A stretch of DNA of 64,000 bases, taken from NCBI GenBank assembly GCA_022867325.1, contig JALHUR010000084.1:6084-70083 (forward strand), written 5' to 3'. The stretch's first letter is position 1. Every line of letters starts with the position of its first letter. The stretch comes from Candidatus Aminicenantes bacterium. GTDB taxonomy: Bacteria; Acidobacteriota; Aminicenantia; Aminicenantales; JAFGBC01. The notes beneath the pieces were generated by a model. That model was not told the DNA's origin. It did not search any database and saw only the letters and a list, made by a program, of their open reading frames with translations. Made by a program: the position numbers and the translations under genes. Positions 28,880 through 37,558 of this stretch are shown one piece after another.

Positions 28880-29109
28880 GCTCCTCCCGGTTGACGGACC
28901 GGATGCGAATTTGACCCGTTCGCCGACGCTACCCCGCCCTGAAAGGCGGGGACGAGAAGCGACACTTTTGTACTCAGCCCCTTGAGAGGAGATGGGGCTG
29001 AGTGGGCTCAGGGTTAACCCTGAGCAAGCCCCGCCTTGCAGTACTCAAGGAGCCGAAACAACGGCTCCTTGGGTGCCGGCATTCATGCCGGGGCGTCGAT
29101 GGGTTGACA
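28880..29109 (+). repeat. palindromic mosaic repeat, family A copy 2 (longest copy, with an extra internal hairpin module)
   Basis: ...cggttgacggaccggatgcgaatttgacccgttcgccgacgctaccccgccctgaaaggcggggacgagaagcgac[ctcagcccc..ggggctgag]ggctcagggttaaccctgag...ccggcattcatgccggggcgtcgatgggTTGACA. Confidence 0.7.
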
Positions 29110-29132
29110 CCTGCATGCGGCCGGGCGATAAT
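29104..29132 (+). promoter_or_regulatory. sigma-70 promoter TTGACA-17-GATAAT for the MBL-fold gene; the -35 hexamer is the terminal motif of repeat A2
   Basis: gggTTGACAcctgcatgcggccgggcGATAATcg, 40 nt before ATG 29172. Confidence 0.45.
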
Positions 29133-29171
29133 CGACAATAAGAGATGTTCATCTCATCAAGGAGACCGTTC

Positions 29172-30050
29172 ATGAAACGCCTTCCAACCTTCATTTTCGC
29201 CATCAGCATGATCGTGACGGCCGGGCTCATCCCCGCCCTGCAGGCGGGAGGCCAGACGCCCCCGCCCCTCGCGGCTCAAGTCATCAAGCCCGGGCTCTAT
29301 TGGGTCGAGGGCGGAGCCGGCGCCAACACGGGCTTCTGGATCGGCAAGGACGCGGTCGTGGTCATCGACGCCAAGATGACTCCGGACGCGGCGCGCGAAA
29401 TGCTGGCCAAGATCAAGGAGCTGACACCGAATCCGGTCCAGTCTATCGTTTTAACCCACAGCGACGGCGACCATGTCAACGGATTGACCGGCTTTCCCCA
29501 AGGGCTCAAAATCGTGAGCCAGGAGACGTGCAAGACGGAACTCGAAGCGGCTTTCACGGATCCGGCCCTTCGCGCCTATCTGCCCACGGTCACTTTCAAG
29601 GACCGGATGGACCTTCTCCTTCCGGGAGGATCCATCCGGCTTCTCCATTTCGGCTCGGCCCACACCAGCGGAGACGCGATCGTTCTCTTCCCCGCCGAAA
29701 AAGTCGCGTTCATAGGGGATCTCGCCTTCATCGGGAGGGATCCCTTGATTCACAAAAGCAAGGGCGGGACATCGTTCGGATTGACCGCAACCTTGAAGTC
29801 CATCCTGGCGCTCGAGGCCGACACCTTCATCCCCGGTCACGGCAAACCCCTGGCCAAATCCGACATCGAGGGACTTCTCAAGAGCGTCGAGGACAAGCAG
29901 GCTCAAGTCAAGGACATGGTCGCCCGGGGGAAGTCCTTGGATGAGGTCAAGAAAGCGTTCGGCATCGAGGAGGAGACGGCGCAGCCGGGACGCCGGCGTT
30001 GGCCGAGCCTGGTCGAGGTCATTTATCTCGATCTGACGGAGAAAAAATAA
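29172..30050 (+). CDS. secreted MBL-fold metallo-hydrolase
   Basis: AGGAGA RBS. Signal peptide MKRLPTFIFAISMIVTAGLIPALQA. Metallo-beta-lactamase motif LTHSDGDHVNG plus HTSGD and PGHG. Confidence 0.8.
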   Translation: MKRLPTFIFAISMIVTAGLIPALQAGGQTPPPLAAQVIKPGLYWVEGGAGANTGFWIGKDAVVVIDAKMTPDAAREMLAKIKELTPNPVQSIVLTHSDGDHVNGLTGFPQGLKIVSQETCKTELEAAFTDPALRAYLPTVTFKDRMDLLLPGGSIRLLHFGSAHTSGDAIVLFPAEKVAFIGDLAFIGRDPLIHKSKGGTSFGLTATLKSILALEADTFIPGHGKPLAKSDIEGLLKSVEDKQAQVKDMVARGKSLDEVKKAFGIEEETAQPGRRRWPSLVEVIYLDLTEKK

Positions 30051-30082
30051 CGAAGTTCGCCGCGGTCGTCGGGGAGGATCCC

Positions 30083-33034
30083 ATGAAGCGTTCCCGGTGG
30101 GGCCGGGGCTTTTTCGCTCTCGCCGCCGCGATTGTCGCCCTCGCAAGCTGCGGCCGTTCCGGCTGGACGACGATCGAAGACAAAGCCCAGGTTTTCAAGA
30201 CTTACGCTTATTCGGAACCGGACCCGGTGCCGGTCTTCGCCCGGCCGGGCTCGGGCGGCCGGGGCGAACGCCTCTATCCCTATTTCTTCTTCGACGGGTT
30301 CTCAAGGACCGCGATCGAGAAATCCTGGAACGTGGTCAGGCTCGAAAACCCCTATCTCTCGGTTTCGGTCCTTCCCCAGGTCGGCGGCAAGGTCTGGGGA
30401 GCAACCGACAAACGCGACGGCGCCGAATTCCTATACACGAACCATGTCATGAAGTTCAGAGAAATCGCGTTGCGCGGTCCCTGGACCTCGGGCGGGATCG
30501 AATTCAACTTCGGGTTCATCGGCCATACGCCGTCGACGGCCGCCCCGGTCGACTACGCCCTTCGCCGCAACAGAGACGGAAGCGTCTCCTGTGTCGTCGG
30601 GAACCTCGATCTTCCCTCCAGGACGTTCTGGAGCGTCGAAGTCAACCTGCCTCCGGATAAGGCCTTCTTCCGGACGCGAACCCAATGGTTCAACCCGACC
30701 CCCTTCCATCAATCCTATTATAACTGGATGACGGCGGCTTTGCCGACCGCGGGCGATCTGGAGTACATCTCGCCCGGCCGCTTCCAAATCGGCCATGATT
30801 ATTCGGTGCCGCTCGAACCCTGGCCCTTGGACGGGCGTGGTCACGATCTTTCCAAATACCGCGATAACGCCTTCGGGTCCTCCAAGAGCTACTTTACGGT
30901 CGGAGAGTACGAAGACACGAGCGGGGCTTACTACCGGGATGCCGACAAAGGCTTCGGCCACTGGGCCCTCTACGACGATATGCCGGGCCGTAAAATTTGG
31001 ATCTGGGACTTGTCCCGGGCCGGAGCCATCTGGGAAGACCTGCTGACCGATGAAGACGGCCAGTATAGCGAACCCCAGTTCGGCCGGCTGTTCAACCAAT
31101 CCGATCATGAATTCTTGACGCCGTCCCGGACGGATCGCTGGTCCGAGGTCTGGTTCCCTTATTCCAAAATCGGGCCCCTGGTCAAGGCGTCACCCTGGGC
31201 CGTTCTGAACGCGGAGCATCGGGACGGGGCTCTGAAGATCGCCCTTTTCTCCCTTCAAGCCCTCGACGACGACCTGACCGTGACGGCCGGCGGCGCCGAA
31301 ATTTTCCGCGAACGCCTCCGGCTCGAACCCGCCCGCGTCTATCGGAAAACGGTTCGACTCGAGTCCGCCGGCGTTCCGTACGAAATCCGCCTGGCGGCGA
31401 ACAAGCTCGTCTACCGGAGCGACCCCAAGGCCAACGACATCGAGAGGCCTTTACGTTTCCGGCCCGACGACGAGTCCACGACCGAGGGCATTTATCTGGC
31501 CGCGGACAGACTTCACAAGGAGCGCCAATACGGCCTCGCGCTCGAAAAGTATCTCGCCTGCATCGCCCGCGAGCCGCGCCATGTCCGGTCGCTGGTCCGG
31601 ACCGCCGAACTCTTCAGCCGGCGCGGCGAGGACGGGAAAGGCCTCGGCTATGCGCGGACGGCCCTCGAGCATTCCATGTACGACCCGGCGGCGAACTATA
31701 TTTACGGCGTGATATCACGGCGGCTGGAACGGCTCGTCGACGCCAAGGAAGCCCTCGGCTGGGCGGCCCGCTCCCTCGAATTCCGGTCAGGCGCCTACGG
31801 ACTCCTGGCCGAGATCGCCCTCCAGGAAAATGACGCCGACTTAGCGCTGGAATACGCCGGCCGCGCCCTCGAAACTAACGCATTCAACTTCAACGCCTTG
31901 GACGTCCGGGCGACCGCCCTCCGTCTGAACGACGAGCGCGGACCTGCCGTCAACGTTATAAACCGCATCCTGGACGCCGATCCCCTCCACCATCTCGCCC
32001 GCTTTGAAGGGTATCTTCTCAACCCGGGTCCGGCCTCCCTCAAGGCATTCCAGTCGAATATCCGAAACGAATTCCCCCAGGAGACTTATCTGGAATTAGC
32101 GCTCTACTATGTCCGGCTCGGCCTCCACCGAGACGCCGTCCGCCTCCTCAAACTGTCCCCCGAATCGCCGACGGTCTGCGCCAGGCTTGCCTATTTAACG
32201 AAGGCGGATTCGCCGGCCGAGAGCGCCGCCCATCTCAAGAAGGCCTTCCAACTCTCTCCCTGGCTCGTCTTCCCCTTCCGCGAGGAGGACATCCCGGTCT
32301 ACGAATGGGCGATCCGGGAACGGCCGTCGGATTGGAAACCCCAATATTATCTCGGCCTCCTTCTTTGGTCGAAGGGAAGGCTCGACGAAGCCAAGGCGCT
32401 TTTCGAGGGCTGTTCCGGAGTCGATTTCGCGCCGTTCTTCCTGACGCGGTCCGCGCTTTATCTCGACGGCGCGCCCGGTAAGGCGGCGGCAGACCTCAGG
32501 CAAGCGTTGGCGCTGGACCCCAAGACATGGCGAACCTGGCACGCTTTAAGCCGGTTTACCATCGAAACGGGACTCAAGGCCGAGTCTCTCGAAACGACGG
32601 CCAGGGCCATGGAGCTCTTCCCCGATGACGTTTCCATACAGGTGGACCGGGTCAAGGCCCTGCTCGGGAACGGGCTCCCGCGCGACGCCGCGGCCCTCCT
32701 CGACCGGATCGAAGCCCTGCCGTCCGAAGGCGCGAGCGCTCTCCATTCCCTTTTCGTGAGGAGCCATATCTTAATCGCTCTGGATGAAATCCGAAAACGA
32801 GACTACCGGGCCGCTCTCAAGAGCTTGGATCTGGCCAAGACCTATCCCGAACGCCTGGGCAGCGGACAGCCGTTCGATCCCGACTGGAGGCTTCAGGACT
32901 ACCTCCGGGCCGTTTGCTTCGAGAGGCTCAACGATAAGGATCAAGCCGCGGCGATCAGGACAACGATTCGTGATCTGACGGATGCCGAACTCGAAAGCCG
33001 GCTCCGGTCGCTTCGCCGTGCCCATAAGCCGTAA
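30083..33034 (+). CDS. DUF5107-domain lipoprotein with long TPR-repeat C-terminal region
   Basis: Start ATG 30083 (MKRSRWGRGFFALAAAIVALASCG lipobox). About 984 aa with a DUF5107-like N-terminal domain and TPR-like helical repeats. Confidence 0.65.
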   Translation: MKRSRWGRGFFALAAAIVALASCGRSGWTTIEDKAQVFKTYAYSEPDPVPVFARPGSGGRGERLYPYFFFDGFSRTAIEKSWNVVRLENPYLSVSVLPQVGGKVWGATDKRDGAEFLYTNHVMKFREIALRGPWTSGGIEFNFGFIGHTPSTAAPVDYALRRNRDGSVSCVVGNLDLPSRTFWSVEVNLPPDKAFFRTRTQWFNPTPFHQSYYNWMTAALPTAGDLEYISPGRFQIGHDYSVPLEPWPLDGRGHDLSKYRDNAFGSSKSYFTVGEYEDTSGAYYRDADKGFGHWALYDDMPGRKIWIWDLSRAGAIWEDLLTDEDGQYSEPQFGRLFNQSDHEFLTPSRTDRWSEVWFPYSKIGPLVKASPWAVLNAEHRDGALKIALFSLQALDDDLTVTAGGAEIFRERLRLEPARVYRKTVRLESAGVPYEIRLAANKLVYRSDPKANDIERPLRFRPDDESTTEGIYLAADRLHKERQYGLALEKYLACIAREPRHVRSLVRTAELFSRRGEDGKGLGYARTALEHSMYDPAANYIYGVISRRLERLVDAKEALGWAARSLEFRSGAYGLLAEIALQENDADLALEYAGRALETNAFNFNALDVRATALRLNDERGPAVNVINRILDADPLHHLARFEGYLLNPGPASLKAFQSNIRNEFPQETYLELALYYVRLGLHRDAVRLLKLSPESPTVCARLAYLTKADSPAESAAHLKKAFQLSPWLVFPFREEDIPVYEWAIRERPSDWKPQYYLGLLLWSKGRLDEAKALFEGCSGVDFAPFFLTRSALYLDGAPGKAAADLRQALALDPKTWRTWHALSRFTIETGLKAESLETTARAMELFPDDVSIQVDRVKALLGNGLPRDAAALLDRIEALPSEGASALHSLFVRSHILIALDEIRKRDYRAALKSLDLAKTYPERLGSGQPFDPDWRLQDYLRAVCFERLNDKDQAAAIRTTIRDLTDAELESRLRSLRRAHKP

Positions 33035-33038
33035 CACG

Positions 33039-33243
33039 GCTGATGGGTGCGCTCGATCCGTTGACGGACGGCGAATCCCCTCCGCGCCATTCCACGGACG
33101 TCAGTCCGTGGAGGGATAGCGTATCGTCGCTTCGGGGACAGGCAGCGGTTTCGCAGTACTCATGAACCGGAAACGGTTCATGGGTGCGCTCCACCGCCTT
33201 CGACGGGCAGATCCCCGGACGTAAGTTCGTGGAGCTTCAGTCC
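33039..33243 (+). repeat. palindromic mosaic repeat, family B copy 1 (tandem units bounded by ccacggacgtNagtccgtgg hairpins)
   Basis: Begins 5 nt after the DUF5107 stop. Contains atgggtgcgctc modules, gaaccgGAAAcggttc and ccacggacgtcagtccgtggag / ccccggacgtaagttcgtggagcttcagt. Confidence 0.7.
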
Positions 33244-34006
33244 TATCCGCGATCCCAGCGCCGGTAAGGGATGACGCTCAAGTCCTGGGCGCGGGCCAAC
33301 CGGATGATATCGAAGAAGTTTCCGGCTTCGGGGACGAGCTTATAGGTCCGGTAGCGGATGAAGCCGTACTCGGACTGGGGCTCGAGCAGGCACGGGATAA
33401 GAACGGCGCCGGGCTGGGTGGATCGTGGCGCGAGGCGCCCTCCTGGATGAAGGACAGGGTTTGGAAAATCCCCGGGCTGTTGCGGCCGTCGTTGAGGTCC
33501 GTCGTGCTGAAGCGCGTCATCTCCTCCCGTCCGGCCGTATCCTCGGGGCGGAGGGCGGCGCCGGCCGAGGTATTGACGCCCATTTCCTCCGTCACCAGAT
33601 ACTCCTGAAAAGTCACTCCGTCCTTGGCCAGGCTTTTCTCGACCGAGGCCAGAAGCCGATTCCTGGAAAAGTCCTGGAGACGCCGATCGATATTGGCGTT
33701 CGAGACGCAGCCGATCGAGACCCGGTAATAGTCGTCGCCTTTTTCGTGGACGTCGATGGTGACCTCGGGCATCCAGGCCCTGAAAACGGCATGGACGGCC
33801 TTGACCTCCTCGGATTCGATCTTGACGTGGTCCCGGTTGAGGTCGATCCCGTACTCGTTGGCCCGGACGTCGAAATAATTTCCGTAGGGATTGGTTTGGG
33901 GAATGACCAGGACGTTGATCCTATCCAGGAGGCGCCCCCATTCTCCGGCGGCCAGATCCCGGATCAGCCCGAGGGCGGCCTCCTTGGGTGAGAGATTTTT
34001 AATCAT
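33243..34006 (-). pseudogene. M14-family zinc carboxypeptidase gene remnant (N-terminally truncated, frameshifted near 33410)
   Basis: ORF 33278..34006 has M14 motifs (IPQTNPYGNYFDVRANEYGIDLNRDH) but lacks the HxxE zinc site, and its C-terminus degenerates into P/S-rich out-of-frame sequence. The plausible continuation (PGAVLIPCLLEPQSEYGFIRYRTYKLVPEAGNFFDIIRLARAQDLSVIPYRRWDRG) is in another frame and ends at TAG about 33243, directly abutting repeat B1. Confidence 0.5.
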
Positions 34007-34084
34007 CTCCTCATCGTCCTCTAAACAGGGATCGGCTATAATAGCGATCCCATGAACGATTTCATCCCGAAAGGAGTTCGAATC

Positions 34085-35395
34085 ATGAACAGAACGCGCG
34101 TCATCTCCATCTTGACCGTTCTCATCCTAGCAACCATGACATCGGGAGCCGTCCTGGCCCAGGACGCCGAAGACGACCAGGGCCTTGAGGATATCGCCGT
34201 CATCAAGCAGAAAGCGCCCAAGGTTTACATCGACTGTGAGCATTGCGACCTTGATTAGGTCCGGACCGAGATCCCCTACGTCAATTATGTCCGTGACCGC
34301 AAGGAGGCCGACGTCCACATCCTGATCACGACCCAGACGACCGGGAGCGGCGGCACGGAATATACGATGGCCTTCATCGGCCGGGGCGCCTACGAAACGA
34401 TCAACAGCACCCTCGTCTATGCTTCGGGTAAGACGAATACCGAGGATGAAGTTCGCCGCGGCTATGTTCAGGTGCTTAAAATGGGGCTGATGCATTATGC
34501 GTCGCGGACGCCGATCTGCAGCTTAATCGATATCGGCTTCCGTCGCACCGTCAAGCCGACCGACGTCATCGATCCCTGGAAGTTTTGGGTGTTCAGCTTG
34601 GGCCTGGGCGGAGATCTCCGGGGCGAATCGCAGGCCAAAAACAGCATGTTCTACGCCAACTTCTCGGCGAATAAAGTCACGCCGGACATCAAGCTCCGGC
34701 TCGGTCTGACAGGCTGGTTCGAAAACAGCAGCTTCGACTATGACGGCAAAGTCATCGACAGCTCGTCGGAAAGCGGATCAATCAACGCCCTCGTTGTCAA
34801 GAGCCTCTCCGACCACTGGTCGGCCGGCGCCCTGCTGTCCGTCGAGACTTCGACCTACAGCAACCTTAAGTCTAGGATTACGCCCTCGCCCGCCCTTGAA
34901 TACAATCTTTTCCCCTATGCCGAATCGACCCGCCGCCAGCTCCGCTTTCTCTATCGTGTCGGCTACGAGATGACCCGTTACCGGGATATGACCATTTACG
35001 ACAAGATGAAGGAAAATCTCCTGAGCGAGGCCCTCTCGGCCACCATCGAGGTCAACGAACCCTGGGGGACGATCGAGGCGTCCTTGGAGGGGTCCCACTA
35101 TTTCCACGATTTTAAAAAGAACAGGCTCGAGTTTGGGGGCGAGGTGTCCTTCCGTATCTTCAAGGGCCTCAGCCTGGAGATCGACGGCCGCTACGAGCGC
35201 GTTCGCGATCAGCTCGCTCTGGCCAAGGGAAACTTGAGCCTGGACGAGATCCTTCTCCGACGCCGGGAGTTGGCCACCGACTATAACTACTTCGTCTTTC
35301 TGAGCCTTAGCTACACGTTCGGATCCATTTACAGCAACGTCGTCAACCCCCGCTTCGGGGATTGGGGCGTCCCCCATATGGAGGAATATGACTGA
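34085..35395 (+). CDS. DUF4835-like secreted/outer-membrane protein, interrupted by an in-frame TAG at 34256-34258
   Basis: AAAGGAG RBS and signal peptide (MNRTRVISILTVLILATMTSGAVLA). ORFs 34052..34258 and 34367..35395 are in the same frame with a coherent read-through (CEHCDLD*VRTEIPYVNYVRDRKEADVHILITTQTTGSGG). The stop aligns with an aromatic (Tyr) position of the DUF4835 CD..Y..EI motif as recalled from family members. Confidence 0.5.
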
Positions 35396-35457
35396 GAGGA
35401 CGGCGGGGGACGCCCGAAGGCCTCTTCAATGAGAGGGATTTCCCCTATAATAAGGAC

Positions 35458-36138
35458 ATGAGGATTCTTGTTGTCGAGGACGACCGGAAGGTCGGCGCCT
35501 TCCTGCAGAAAGGGCTGCGCGAGGAGCACTACGCGGTCGACTTGGCCCGCGACGGGGAGGCGGCCCTGGAGCTGGCCCAGGTCCATTCCTACGACGTCAT
35601 TCTCCTCGACGTCATGCTCCCGCGCAGGGAAGGTTTCTCCGTCTGCCGCGAGCTGCGCCAGAAAGGAATCCTGACGCCCGTCCTGATGCTGACGGCCAAG
35701 GACACGGTCGAGGACAAGGTCGCCGGCCTGGGCGAGGGCGCCGACGACTATCTGACCAAGCCTTTCTCCTTCGAAGAGCTGCTGGCCCGGATCCGGGCCC
35801 TGCTCCGCCGCAGCCAGGATTACAAGACCAAGGTCCTCAAGGTCGCCGACCTCGAGCTCGACCCGGTCAGCCGCCGGGTGAGCCGGGCCGGCAAACCGGT
35901 CGCGCTGACCGGCCGCGAATACGCCCTGCTCGAGTTTCTCATGCGCAACAAGGGCCGCATCCTGACCGAGTCCCGGATCATCGAGCACGTCTGGGACATG
36001 AATTACGAGGGGACGAGCAACATCGTCAGCGTTTACATCAAATACCTTCGCGGGAAGATCGACAACGCTTCCCCGCTCAAGCTTATCCGGACCGTCCGGG
36101 GCCACGGCTATGTCATCGATGAGAATCGCGAAGACTAA
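35458..36138 (+). CDS. OmpR-family response regulator
   Basis: 226 aa with REC domain (VVEDD...LLDVMLP...LMLTAK) plus a winged-helix trans_reg_C domain. Confidence 0.9.
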   Translation: MRILVVEDDRKVGAFLQKGLREEHYAVDLARDGEAALELAQVHSYDVILLDVMLPRREGFSVCRELRQKGILTPVLMLTAKDTVEDKVAGLGEGADDYLTKPFSFEELLARIRALLRRSQDYKTKVLKVADLELDPVSRRVSRAGKPVALTGREYALLEFLMRNKGRILTESRIIEHVWDMNYEGTSNIVSVYIKYLRGKIDNASPLKLIRTVRGHGYVIDENRED

Positions 36139-37537
36139 GTCTCTGACCTTCCGGCTGACGGTTTGGTACATCGTCATCCTGGGCCTCCTCGTATCCGCGT
36201 CCGGAGCCTTCCTCTATCAAGGATTCCGGACCAGCCTTCTGGACGAGATGGACCGGTCGCTGCGGGAAATCGCCTACCGCGTCAACTCCTTCTGGCAGCG
36301 GACGCGGGGCACCTCCTGGGCGGACGCCATCCGGCGGGCCGAGGAGGAATTCAGGAGACAGGAACCGTTCATCCTGGTCGTCGAGCTCAGCGAGGATGAA
36401 GGGGCCCGGATCGAGAACGTTTACGGCTCCGGACGTTTCGCCAAGGACGCGTTTCTGTTCGAACTCGAGACCTACAAGGGAGCCGAGGACGCGAGCTGGG
36501 ACAAGGCGCCGATATTGAACTGGAACGGGCGGGCTCTCGCGGGATCCCCGTTGCGGGTCGTTTTCCTGCCGGCCCGCGGCGATCATATCATCCAGGTCGG
36601 GCTGTCCCTGGGATACGTATCCGGCGAGCTGCGGCGCTTGACCCTGATCCTGGTCCTGGCCGGACTCCTTCTTCTCCTGTTCGCCTCGTTCGGCGGGAGC
36701 TTTATCATCCGCAAGGCCCTGCGGCCCGTCCGGAGCGTCGTCGAGACGGCCCGACGCATCTCGGCCGACGACCTCGGTCTCCGGATCGACGCCCCCAAGC
36801 GAAAGGACGAGATCGGCGAGCTGGTCGCCACGATCAACGACATGATCGCCCGGCTGGACGGCTCGGTCAACAAGATCCGGAAGTTCTCGGGCGACGTCTC
36901 CCACGAGCTCCGGACCCCGCTGACCATCATCCGGGGCGAGATCGAGGTCGTGCTGCGCAAGGAGCGGCGCGAGAAGGAATACCGGGCGACACTCGACAGC
37001 GTCCTCGAGGAAACCTATCACATGGAGAAGATCATCGAGGACCTTCTCTTCCTGTCCCGGATCGAAGCCGTCCGCAAGACGCGGTTCGACCAGGAAGTCC
37101 CTCTCTCGGACATCCTGGCCCGGGTCCGGGAAAGCCGGGCCCCGGCCGCGAAGACAAAACAGGTCGGGCTTGAGATGGGGGCCTGCCTGGACCTCCTCGT
37201 CTTGGGAGACCGCACCCTGCTCGAGCGGCTCGTCGCCAACCTGGTCGACAACGCCATTCGTTACACGCCCTCGGGAGGCCGCGTCGAGTTGAGCTGCGAG
37301 GACAGGGACGGCCGGGCGGCCCTGGCCGTCCGGGATACCGGAATCGGAATTCCCGAGGAGTCCCTCCCCTTCATTTTCGACCGCTTCTACGTCGTCGATC
37401 CCTCGCGCTCCAAGGAGAGCGGCGGATCGGGGCTGGGCCTGTCCATCGTCAAGTCCGTTGCCGAAATTCATGGCGCCGCGATCCAGGTCGAGTCCCAACT
37501 CGGGGCCGGGACCGTGTTCAGGGTCGTCTTTCCCTAA
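36110..37537 (+). CDS. sensor histidine kinase (HAMP-HisKA-HATPase_c)
   Basis: Two TM segments. H-box DVSHELRTPLT. G-boxes DTGIGIP...GGSGLGLSIV. Overlaps the response-regulator 3' end. Confidence 0.85.
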   Translation: MSSMRIAKTKSLTFRLTVWYIVILGLLVSASGAFLYQGFRTSLLDEMDRSLREIAYRVNSFWQRTRGTSWADAIRRAEEEFRRQEPFILVVELSEDEGARIENVYGSGRFAKDAFLFELETYKGAEDASWDKAPILNWNGRALAGSPLRVVFLPARGDHIIQVGLSLGYVSGELRRLTLILVLAGLLLLLFASFGGSFIIRKALRPVRSVVETARRISADDLGLRIDAPKRKDEIGELVATINDMIARLDGSVNKIRKFSGDVSHELRTPLTIIRGEIEVVLRKERREKEYRATLDSVLEETYHMEKIIEDLLFLSRIEAVRKTRFDQEVPLSDILARVRESRAPAAKTKQVGLEMGACLDLLVLGDRTLLERLVANLVDNAIRYTPSGGRVELSCEDRDGRAALAVRDTGIGIPEESLPFIFDRFYVVDPSRSKESGGSGLGLSIVKSVAEIHGAAIQVESQLGAGTVFRVVFP

Positions 37538-37558
37538 GCCGGAACGGAAGGAATCGCC

